A stretch of 35,870 nucleotides of DNA, from positions 1 to 35,870 of the forward strand of contig JAISDP010000231.1 in assembly GCA_031264715.1 (NCBI GenBank), written 5' to 3'. Positions 25,806 to 33,362 of this stretch are shown one piece after another. The position numbers and the translations under genes are program-made. The stretch comes from Bacteroidales bacterium (GTDB lineage Bacteria > Bacteroidota > Bacteroidia > Bacteroidales > UBA4181). Position 1 is the first letter of the stretch. Each line of letters begins with the position of its first letter. The notes beneath the pieces were generated by a model. That model searched no databases and was not told where the DNA came from. It saw only the letters and a program-made list of their open reading frames with translations.

Positions 25806-26489
25806 ATGAATGATCGTCAGGAATCTAAATTAACCATGTATCAAAAAGTATTGGATGCGTGCAGGAAGTACGCTTCCGTATATACGGGCGTACCTGCCTT
25901 CGGGCAGGCTGTAGCGCAGTTGGACGGCAACATCGCCGACATCGTCCGGAAGGCGCAGGAACAGTCGGGCGCCCTCTCGAAGGGGGTTACCGTGGAAAAA
26001 GGAAACGCTTTCGACCGGATGGTGCAGCTCACCGTCATGACGGCAAAGGCCGTCTGCGTCTATGCCTTCAAAACGGGCAACGCGGAGCTGCTGTCCAGGG
26101 CGGGGCTCAGCAAAAGTACGCTCTATAACGGACATGTCATGGATGCGGTCATTACCGCAAAGAATATCGCAGAGGAAGCGGCAGCCCGTGCCGCCGACCT
26201 GCAACCCTACGGCATCGACGAACAGCAACGCAACGCCCTGTCGGAAAGCATCGCGCAGTGCGAGCTCCTGCGGAATAAACCTGCGGAAACAAGAGACGAA
26301 CGCAAACTGCACACCGGCAACCTCAAGCAACTGTTCGCCGCCGCCGATTCCACCCTCTTCGACGAACTGGATCCGCTCATCGACCTGTTCCGGGACACCG
26401 ATCCCGACTTTTTCACGCTTTACAAAACGTCGCGCAACGTGATCTATCCCACTGGCGGACGGAAAAAACAAGATAAACAAGATAAATAA
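25806..26489 (+). CDS. Hypothetical protein (227 aa, predicted mostly helical, GC-rich orphan gene)
   Basis: ATG-initiated ORF with balanced amino-acid composition. It ends in a KQDKQDK tail encoded by a direct ACAAGATAAA repeat. I recognise no family. An equally long antisense ORF exists but is Arg/Gly-rich, as expected for the antisense of a GC-rich gene. Confidence 0.6.
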   Translation: MNDRQESKLTMYQKVLDACRKYASVYTGVPAFGQAVAQLDGNIADIVRKAQEQSGALSKGVTVEKGNAFDRMVQLTVMTAKAVCVYAFKTGNAELLSRAGLSKSTLYNGHVMDAVITAKNIAEEAAARAADLQPYGIDEQQRNALSESIAQCELLRNKPAETRDERKLHTGNLKQLFAAADSTLFDELDPLIDLFRDTDPDFFTLYKTSRNVIYPTGGRKKQDKQDK

Positions 26490-26568
26490 GATGTAGCAGT
26501 TTTTCAGATGCATGGACTGACAGCATTAGCGCCGTTGAGCGGACAGGGGGAGGTTGATCCCCGACAAG

Positions 26569-26651
26569 ATCCCGTAGGCGACGGTATATCTGTAGTCCTG
26601 TAGGGACGGCATATCGATCGTCTTCTACCAATATGTCGCCCCTAATGGGGC
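26569..26651. repeat. Three mini-hairpin + CATATYRRTAG-type units (two forward, one inverted)
   Basis: 26569-26595 is ATCCCGTAGGCGACGGTATATCTGTAG. 26595-26620 is GTCCTGTAGGGACGGCATATCGATCG. 26625-26651 is CTACCAATATGTCGCCCCTAATGGGGC (reverse orientation). Confidence 0.75.
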
Positions 26652-26682
26652 TACCAACAGACGGTGCTTTAGCCGGACGGTG

Positions 26683-26855
26683 AAATCCCGTCAGGGATGT
26701 AATATTTGGTAGAAAACGACAATTCAAAATTCATAATTCATAATTCAAAAAAATCCCGTCAGGGACGGCATATTGGTAGAAAACGACAATTCAAAATTCA
26801 TAATTCAAAATTCAAAATTCAAAAAAATCCCGTCAGGGATGGCATATTGGTAGTA
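26683..26855 (+). repeat. 68-74 bp tandem repeat, about 2.4 copies (hairpin + GGCATATTGGTAG + AAAACGACAATTCAAAATTCATAATTCA microsatellite)
   Basis: Units start at about 26683, 26751 and 26825. Each opens with AAATCCCGTCAGGGA[YG]G..ATATTGGTAG. The first two continue with AAAACGACAATTCAAAATTCATAATTCA... and A-runs. Confidence 0.9.
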
Positions 26856-26904
26856 AAGCATGATAGCACGAATTTTCAAGGCATTAAAATTACGGTGGGT
26901 ACAG

Positions 26905-27582
26905 ATGAGTAATGAGCGTTATGTTGATTACTTGCGGAAACAACATATCAAGATAGGCAATAATGTTTTTTTCCGTAATCCCAAAACAGTGTACATTGAT
27001 CCAACACGACCTTCTCTTATAGAAATTGGTGATAACGTTCGTTTTTTAGACGGGTTTACTTTATTAACCCATGACTTTATAACGAAAGTTTTTATGAATT
27101 TGTATGATGAATTTGTGCCGAGTTCAGGCAAGGTGGTTATTGGGAATAATGTTTACTTTACCCGGAAATGTACGGTTCTGAAAGGTGTAACTATTGGCGA
27201 TAACTGTATATTTGGTTATGGATCAACAATTACCAGAGATATCCCGGCAAATTCCGTTGCCATTGGTTCTCCGGCCAAAGTGATCTGTACCGTGGAGGAA
27301 TATTATCAAAAACGGTGTAAAAAATCAATAGAAGAAGCGTTTGTTTACGCAAGGAGTATCAAGGAACAGTATGGAAGAATGCCTGTAATAGAAGATTTCT
27401 GGGAAGAGTTTCCTCTGTTTGTGAGCGGCAGTGAAATGGACAAATATCCTGCGCATTTTGTCCATACCATGGAAATACAGTTGGATAGCGCCCTGATGAA
27501 CTGGAAGAAAAACCATAAAGCGGTTTTCCGGGATTTTGACGAATTTATCGAACGTGCATTTGCGGATACTCCAAACTCCTGA
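26905..27582 (+). CDS. Left-handed beta-helix (hexapeptide-repeat) acetyltransferase
   Basis: Hexapeptide-type repeats IGNNVFF..., IEIGDNVRF..., VVIGNNVYF..., VTIGDNCIFGYGSTI..., VAIGSPAKV. ATG 26905 (MSNERYVDYLRKQ...) is preferred. The alternative upstream ATG at 26860 lies at the edge of the repeat. Confidence 0.8.
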   Translation: MSNERYVDYLRKQHIKIGNNVFFRNPKTVYIDPTRPSLIEIGDNVRFLDGFTLLTHDFITKVFMNLYDEFVPSSGKVVIGNNVYFTRKCTVLKGVTIGDNCIFGYGSTITRDIPANSVAIGSPAKVICTVEEYYQKRCKKSIEEAFVYARSIKEQYGRMPVIEDFWEEFPLFVSGSEMDKYPAHFVHTMEIQLDSALMNWKKNHKAVFRDFDEFIERAFADTPNS

Positions 27583-27727
27583 CTGCGACCGTCCGGTTTT
27601 AAGGGGATGATGGAATGGTCTTTGTGGGGTGCAATTCTCCAGCACATACGGAAAAAATATTATTTTTCTAACGTCAACCATTTCTTGTAAGATTTTGCAA
27701 TTTCATTATACTTTTTGCAATTTTTAT

Positions 27728-27735
27728 TACCTTTG
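27728..27735 (+). promoter_or_regulatory. -7 promoter box candidate (TACCTTTG) upstream of higB
   Basis: Matches TAnnTTTG, about 50 nt upstream of the higB ATG. It is followed by the hairpin CCCTTG-GATCAGT-CAAGGG. Confidence 0.35.
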
Positions 27736-27783
27736 CCCCTTGGATCAGTCAAGGGACAAATATTAAACAAATAATTGACAATC

Positions 27784-28080
27784 ATGTTAATTATGAATCC
27801 TGAAATTTTAGATGAGCTTACGCGCAAACATGCCATCACATTAAAACCGATCACAAGATGGGTTGATATTGTCAAGGCTGCAAATTGGCAGTCAATTCAC
27901 GATGTTTGGCGGTGTTTTGCAGATGCAGACGACGTTGGCAACAGACACATCGTTTTCAATATCAAAGGCAATAACTACCGTATTGTTGCTATCGTTCTTT
28001 TTGTTGGCGGTGTCATTAACATCCGATGGGCGGGAACTCATGAAGAATATGACAGGATTCCCGATTGTTCCGTATTGTAA
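27784..28080 (+). CDS. higB: Type II toxin-antitoxin system toxin, HigB family (ribosome-dependent mRNA interferase)
   Basis: IVFNIKGNNYRIVAIVLFVGGVINIRWAGTHEEYD parallels the E. coli HigB core (YVFNVGGNELRVVAMVFF...IREVMTHKEYD). The track start TTG 27775 was replaced by ATG 27784; ATG 27793 is also possible. Confidence 0.85.
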   Translation: MLIMNPEILDELTRKHAITLKPITRWVDIVKAANWQSIHDVWRCFADADDVGNRHIVFNIKGNNYRIVAIVLFVGGVINIRWAGTHEEYDRIPDCSVL

Positions 28081-28116
28081 CAAAATAGTATAAATATAGT
28101 AATTAAAACACTCGTA

Positions 28117-28527
28117 ATGAAAAAGATACTTGAAAATGTTACCCGTTTAACGACAAAAGTCGAATATGAACTGTTATCGGCTCACCTTGAAAATTTAATA
28201 CAGGAAGCAACCAAAGGCGGCTATTTGGCCGACCCCGACGAAAATGATTATACCCGCGAAATCGCGCGGTTATCTATCCTGGGCGCTCAATATGCCGACG
28301 AATTTATGTCATTTTCATTCAGTCAACCAAAATCCCCGCTTGTTTTAAGCATACAGCGTGCAATGGTGGAAAGGGGTATGAAACAGAAAGAAGCCGCCCG
28401 GTTTTTGGGAATTCAGGAACCCACGTTTTCCCGGTTTATGTGCGGTAAAAGTAAAATGTCCTACGATCTGGCCAAGCGGTTATACACAAAATTTCACATC
28501 AAACCTGAACTGATTTTTGAAGCGTAA
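28117..28527 (+). CDS. higA: HigA-family antitoxin with C-terminal XRE-type HTH
   Basis: It lies 36 nt downstream of higB. The C-terminal HTH is GMKQKEAARFLGIQEPTFSRFMCGKSKMSYDLAKRLYTKFHI. The toxin-first gene order is characteristic of higBA. Confidence 0.8.
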   Translation: MKKILENVTRLTTKVEYELLSAHLENLIQEATKGGYLADPDENDYTREIARLSILGAQYADEFMSFSFSQPKSPLVLSIQRAMVERGMKQKEAARFLGIQEPTFSRFMCGKSKMSYDLAKRLYTKFHIKPELIFEA

Positions 28528-28583
28528 CACAATTCTGTATGGCGCTGCCGATGTCGCATGGAATGTTTCGCTCTTATAATCTG

Positions 28584-28722
28584 TTTTCTCGTCAGGGAAA
28601 GCAGATCAATAGAAAAAAACAGCCACCCCAGACCATATGAGGTTTCACATGATGAATCTCCTGCGGAGATTTGTCGATGTTTTCCGCATTGATTCTATTG
28701 ATATGAATGCCCTGACGGGCAA
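28584..28722. repeat. Composite repeat: hairpin/CAGATCAATAG unit (28584-28617) plus 82-bp element 'B' (28641-28722, inverted copy of 35544-35625)
   Basis: 28641-28722 equals the reverse complement of 35544-35625 with 4 mismatches in 82 nt. Element B contains the palindrome AATCTCC-TGC-GGAGATT and a reverse hairpin/CATATCAATAG unit. Confidence 0.9.
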
Positions 28723-28869
28723 AGCGTGCACGGAATGTTTCACGCTTGCGATCGGATGCCGGAAGGCATCCAACGTTGATAGCCCCGTGTTGCGCTTCGC
28801 TTACATGGGGTACGGAGGACAGCGCTCCCGCAACCCTGTAGCGAAACGAAACACATTATATTCACCAAG

Positions 28870-28893
28870 CCCTGTAAGGCCGGCCTTACAGGG
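28870..28893. repeat. Perfect 24-nt palindrome CCCTGTAAGGCC|GGCCTTACAGGG
   Basis: Exact self-complementarity with no loop, read directly from the sequence. It is preceded by a second hairpin, CCCCGTG...CATGGGG, at about 28784-28811. Confidence 0.9.
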
Positions 28894-28965
28894 CGAAATC
28901 ATGTTATGGAGTGAATATTTTTGATGATTTGTTGCAATATCGGCTGACCGGCTAATTTTTTGTAC

Positions 28966-28973
28966 TATCTTTG
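28966..28973 (+). promoter_or_regulatory. -7 promoter box candidate (TATCTTTG) upstream of the second glycosyltransferase module
   Basis: Matches TAnnTTTG, about 190 nt upstream of the ATG at 29165. No correctly spaced -33 TTTG. Confidence 0.35.
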
Positions 28974-29164
28974 CCCATCGTTGTAATCTTTGTTGATGCA
29001 ATTACAAGTTGTAACTTTTCGGGCGACTGTAACGAGTCGCCTGTTTTTTGGAATGTTTTTTCAGTCGGTCGGTAGTGGCAAATAATATAAAAATAGGAGC
29101 GGGAGTTGTTGTTCATTCTTTTTTGGAGGAAGGAATTGCGCCTGCACGAAAACCGGAATAAAAG

Positions 29165-30202
29165 ATGATGCAACCGAAAGTAAGTATTATTGTACCGATA
29201 TACAATGTGGAAAAGTATTTGAACTGTTGTGTGGATTCGCTGTTGAATCAGACATTGACGGAGTTGGAAATTATTTTGGTGGATGACGGGTCGCCCGATC
29301 ATTGTCCTGAAATATGCGACGAATATGCAAAACAGGATCACAGGGTAAAGGTCGTTCACAAAAAAAACGGAGGGCAGGGATATGCACGGAATTCAGGCAT
29401 TGAAACGGCTACAGGAGAATACATCGCATTTGTGGATTCCGACGATTATGTAGATGCGGATACATACCAAAAGTTGTACTCCATTGCGACGGATACAAAA
29501 GCAGATGGCGTATATTTTACCTACCAGCGCTTTAATGACCGGGGAGATACCTGGGGTGGGACAACGATCCGCAAAAAAACTCTGTATCATACAGAGGAGG
29601 ATATACGACGACTCATGCTCGATATGATTGCCAGTCCGCCTGAAACAAAATCGGACAGGGATATCGAATGTTCATCGTGCTGCGCGCTATATCGCACTGA
29701 CATCATCAAAAGGCATGGACTTGGATTCAAAAGCGAAAGGGAATTACATAGCGAAGACTTGCTGTTTAACCTGGATTTTCTTACACATGCCGCTTCCATC
29801 GCTTTCATTCCGGACGCTCTGTACCATTACAGGGAAAACCCTTCTTCGTTCTGTCATACGATAAGGGCGGACGTTGTGGAGCGAGAAAGGTTCTATTATC
29901 AATATTTAAAGGACTGGCTCTCTGCCAATAAATTCGGGCTTGACGGCTATTTACGGGCGACAAGGCATTTCATCGGGGATTCGAGAAGCAGCATCCGTCA
30001 ATATATTCAATCGCCGCTCCCCGGAAAAGAAAAGAAGCAATGGCTGAAAGAGACTGTTAATCACAGTTGTTGGAAAGAAATAGCGTCTTCGTATCCATAC
30101 AGGCAATTACCCTTGAAGTATGCACTGTATTTTTATTTGCTGCACAAGGGCTGCCATCGTTTGTTGTATCATCTGTCGGCAACGGGGCGAGTCCGTTATT
30201 GA
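29165..30202 (+). CDS. Family 2 glycosyltransferase
   Basis: VSIIVPIYNVEKYLNCCVDSLLNQT...EIILVDDGSPD and the DxD motif FVDSDDYV. Confidence 0.9.
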   Translation: MMQPKVSIIVPIYNVEKYLNCCVDSLLNQTLTELEIILVDDGSPDHCPEICDEYAKQDHRVKVVHKKNGGQGYARNSGIETATGEYIAFVDSDDYVDADTYQKLYSIATDTKADGVYFTYQRFNDRGDTWGGTTIRKKTLYHTEEDIRRLMLDMIASPPETKSDRDIECSSCCALYRTDIIKRHGLGFKSERELHSEDLLFNLDFLTHAASIAFIPDALYHYRENPSSFCHTIRADVVERERFYYQYLKDWLSANKFGLDGYLRATRHFIGDSRSSIRQYIQSPLPGKEKKQWLKETVNHSCWKEIASSYPYRQLPLKYALYFYLLHKGCHRLLYHLSATGRVRY

Positions 30203-30251
30203 TTGAATCGCAACCAAAAAGCAAAAATGCCTTCACTGAACAACATTTTAT

Positions 30252-31352
30252 ATGTTAAAGAGTATGACCATAAAAGCAAAGTACATCAATAAGGAGTTAT
30301 CACAAAAAATCCTGACGCTTGGCATATCCATAACTGCTTTTGGCGGAGTGGCCGCCGTTTTGAGTTCATATGAAAAATACTTTGACGGATTTCGCATGAT
30401 TCCCACTTTCCGGCATCGGGTAGATACAAAGTTCATAAAGGCATGGTACGCTTTTCAGGCTGTTGTCCGATGTTTTCTCTTACTTTTGTTCGACTGGCGA
30501 ATTAAAATTGTCCACATTCACGGCGCGGCATACGCCTCTTTTCACCGCAAGGCGGTTTTTATTGGAATAGCGAAGATGTTTCATAAAAAAATTGTTTACC
30601 ATCAACATGCCGGTGAATTTCAAGACTTTTATGACAAAAGCGACAACAAAAAATGGATTGTCGATACCGTCAATCGTTGCGACAAGCTGATAGTTCTGTC
30701 TCAATCGTGGAAACGGTATTATTCGAGTATCGGTGTCGACGAACAAAAAATTGTTGTACTGAACAATATCGTGATACCGCCTGCTTCCATATTGCCCCGG
30801 CAGGCGGACGGGAAATTGCACCTGCTTTACCTGGGCGAAATAAAGGAGAAGAAAGGCAGTTATGATTTGCTGAAGGTGTTGAAAACAAGTAAAGAACTTT
30901 TCAAGGATAAACTTCTCCTGCATGTTGGCGGAATTGTGATGGATGGCGATTTCAATGCGATTATTGCTGAAAGCGGCCTGTCGTCGCTTGTCCGGTATGA
31001 AGGCTGGGTAACGGGAGCAAAAAAGAACGAATGTCTGGAGCGCGCAGACGTGTTTATTTTGCCTTCGTATTTCGAGGGTTTGCCAATAACCATACTGGAG
31101 GCGATGAGTTACTCGCACCCCGTTATTGCAACCAGCGTAGGCGGTATTCCCGAAATTGTACATTCGCATAAAAACGGTATTTTGGTAGAGCCCGGAAATT
31201 TGGAGCAGATAAAAAATGCAATCCTGTTTTTTATTGAAAATACCGGAAAGATTTCGGAATATGGTGAAAATGCGTATCAAACCGTACAGCCCTTTTTCCC
31301 CGAAACAGTGCTTGGTAAATTAAAAAAAATTTATATTGATTTATTGAAATAA
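30252..31352 (+). CDS. Family 4 (GT-B) glycosyltransferase
   Basis: The C-terminal domain has the E-x7-E region FILPSYFEGLPITILEAMSYSHPVIATSVGGIPEIV. The exact start (30252 vs 30264) is uncertain. Confidence 0.88.
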   Translation: MLKSMTIKAKYINKELSQKILTLGISITAFGGVAAVLSSYEKYFDGFRMIPTFRHRVDTKFIKAWYAFQAVVRCFLLLLFDWRIKIVHIHGAAYASFHRKAVFIGIAKMFHKKIVYHQHAGEFQDFYDKSDNKKWIVDTVNRCDKLIVLSQSWKRYYSSIGVDEQKIVVLNNIVIPPASILPRQADGKLHLLYLGEIKEKKGSYDLLKVLKTSKELFKDKLLLHVGGIVMDGDFNAIIAESGLSSLVRYEGWVTGAKKNECLERADVFILPSYFEGLPITILEAMSYSHPVIATSVGGIPEIVHSHKNGILVEPGNLEQIKNAILFFIENTGKISEYGENAYQTVQPFFPETVLGKLKKIYIDLLK

Positions 31353-31527
31353 AATAGCTTGTTTTGTATGCTTGATAAACAAGGGGGCGAAACAAACGGG
31401 ATATAACAGTTTTATGATGCGCTGCAGGCAATGTGGCAAATCCTGACGGATGCAAGGCGTTGAACATTTGTATGTTATTTATATTAATATAATATATTAT
31501 CATTTCTAAAATAATTTTTATCGAATA

Positions 31528-32598
31528 ATGAAACAAAAAGCATATTTATTGGCGGTTATGACCGCATCGCTCATGCTGTTCCCCTGTGATTTCTATGGGA
31601 AATCCTTTGAAATAAAGAGTGGAATCAACATCAGTCACTGGCTTTCGCAAAGCATTCAGCGTGGGGAAAAGCGCAAAGCGTATTTTACCCGCGCTGATGT
31701 GGAATACATAGCCGGTTTGGGCTACGACCACATTCGCATACCCGTTGACGAAGAACAAATGTTCAAAGAAGACGGTCAAAAAGAAACGGAAGCATTCGCT
31801 CTGCTGCACAACGCGCTGGGCTGGTGCGCCGAATTTAATTTACGCGCAGTGGTTGACCTGCACATATTGCGTTCGCATCATTTTGATGCGGAAGAAAAAC
31901 TTTTGTTTACGGATGTCAAGGCGCAGGAGAGGTTTTATGAATGTTGGCGTAAAATTTCAGGGGAACTGAAAAAATATTCCATCGACAGGGTGGCATACGA
32001 ACTTATGAACGAACCGGTTGCGGACGATCCCGAAATATGGAACGTCATTGTAAACCGTTGCGTGGCCGTCATTCGCCAATTGGAACCGGAGAGGACAGTT
32101 GTGATGGGTTCAAACCAGTGGCAGAATTTTGCAACCGTAAAAGACTTGCGAATACCCGAAAATGACCCCAATATCATCATCAGCTTTCATTATTACGCAC
32201 CGTTTTTGCTGACGCACTACAAAGCGTCGTGGACCTTTGTAAAGGACATTACGGTACCGGTTCATTATCCGGGACAGATCATCGCGAAGGCCGATCTGGC
32301 TTCGGCTGAAAATTACGCGAAAAGCGGGAAGCAAGTTTATAACATGGATGTAATCGAAAGTGATTTTTTGCAGGTGGTTAAAGTGGCTAAAAAATACAAT
32401 TTGAAAGTATATTGCGGTGAATACGGCTGTATCAGCAGCGCTCCGGAACAGGACAAGATACGCTGGCTGAAGGATTTGCATACTCTTTTTGAACGACATG
32501 GAATAGCGCGCGCAAATTGGGATTATAAAGGCAATTTTGGAATTATCAGTCGAGGCGAGCCGCAAACGGATATGATAAACGCAATTTCAGGAAGATAG
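31528..32598 (+). CDS. Secreted glycoside hydrolase family 5 (endoglucanase/cellulase-like)
   Basis: Signal peptide MKQKAYLLAVMTASLMLFPC. GH5 motifs are GYDHIRIP, the acid/base motif YELMNEP and the nucleophile region VYCGEYGC. Confidence 0.85.
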   Translation: MKQKAYLLAVMTASLMLFPCDFYGKSFEIKSGINISHWLSQSIQRGEKRKAYFTRADVEYIAGLGYDHIRIPVDEEQMFKEDGQKETEAFALLHNALGWCAEFNLRAVVDLHILRSHHFDAEEKLLFTDVKAQERFYECWRKISGELKKYSIDRVAYELMNEPVADDPEIWNVIVNRCVAVIRQLEPERTVVMGSNQWQNFATVKDLRIPENDPNIIISFHYYAPFLLTHYKASWTFVKDITVPVHYPGQIIAKADLASAENYAKSGKQVYNMDVIESDFLQVVKVAKKYNLKVYCGEYGCISSAPEQDKIRWLKDLHTLFERHGIARANWDYKGNFGIISRGEPQTDMINAISGR

Positions 32599-32603
32599 CG
32601 GTT

Positions 32604-33362
32604 ATGAAGACCGGCTTTTACAATATCAGGATTGATCTTTGGGGGCAGGACGAGGCTTTGTCGTGCATCAGAAATGTTTTATTGCAGGACGCTCATAAAA
32701 CAGTTTTTTTCCTGAATGCGCACTGCTTTAACTTGGCTCAGAAAAATCCCGCATATTTTAATGCCCTTCAGTCCTCCGACTATCTTTTGAATGATGGAAT
32801 CGGAATTTCATTGGGAGGATGGTTAAAAGGCATAAAATTCCCGGATAATTTAAATGGAACGGATTTTATCCCCTTGATCATCAATGAGGGGTATATTGCT
32901 AGTAAAACCTTTTATTTCCTTGGGACAAAAGATTATGTATTGGAGAAAGCGAAAGCTAAAATGGAAGAAAAATTTCCGGGTATAAAGATTGTTGGAATGC
33001 ATAACGGCTTTTTCCCGGCAACGGACAGTAAGGATATAGTCCATGAAATAAACCGGTTAAAGGCCGATATTGTCATTGTTGGAATGGGCGTCCCGCGACA
33101 GGAAATATGGATTCATGAAAATAAAAATGAACTGCCCGGTGTGAAATTATTCATTGCCGGAGGCGCAGTTCTTGATTTTTTGTCGGGCACGATTTCCAGG
33201 GCTCCTTTATGGATGCGCCAGCTAAGAATCGAATGGATATACAGGTTGTGCCTGGAGCCCAAACGAATGTGGAGAAGGTACATTATTGGAAATGTCCTGT
33301 TCTTTTACAATATACACGTCAGCCGAAAACAAAAAAATAAAAATAACATTTCATCCAGGTGA
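32604..33362 (+). CDS. WecB/TagA/CpsF-family (GT26) glycosyltransferase
   Basis: FLNAHCFNLA..., NDGIGI..., GTDFIP..., FFLGTKD..., IVIVGMGVPRQEIWI..., GGAVLDFLSG... are characteristic GT26 blocks. Confidence 0.85.
   Translation: MKTGFYNIRIDLWGQDEALSCIRNVLLQDAHKTVFFLNAHCFNLAQKNPAYFNALQSSDYLLNDGIGISLGGWLKGIKFPDNLNGTDFIPLIINEGYIASKTFYFLGTKDYVLEKAKAKMEEKFPGIKIVGMHNGFFPATDSKDIVHEINRLKADIVIVGMGVPRQEIWIHENKNELPGVKLFIAGGAVLDFLSGTISRAPLWMRQLRIEWIYRLCLEPKRMWRRYIIGNVLFFYNIHVSRKQKNKNNISSR

Noticed and set aside
25830-26513. 227-aa minus-strand ORF exactly mirroring the orphan gene
   Set aside because: It is Arg/Gly/Phe-rich with low-complexity composition, as expected for the antisense of a GC-rich gene. 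The plus-strand product has a protein-like composition and follows the locus orientation. The strand call still deserves RNA-seq confirmation.
28637-28924. 95-aa ORF (MRFHMMNLLRRFVDVF...), its mirror 35423..35698 (-), and 26706..26912 (+)
   Set aside because: All three are built entirely from the repeat elements B, A' and the 68-74 bp tandem repeat. The shared peptide segments arise from nucleotide repeats used in unrelated ORF contexts.
26490-29164. Integron-like cassette array (co-directional small cassettes including an acetyltransferase and a TA pair, separated by structured repeats)
   Set aside because: I found no integrase, and no attC-like R''/L''-L'/R' organisation with GTTRRRY core sites in the spacers. 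The repeats belong to a family also present outside the locus (for example at 4056-4089).
30480-31280. 266-aa minus-strand ORF; likewise 13562..14083, 14108..14560, 8013..8579, 3143..3712 and 21965..22447 on the minus strand
   Set aside because: Each lies antisense within a gene that has clear family motifs on the plus strand, and none has motifs of its own.
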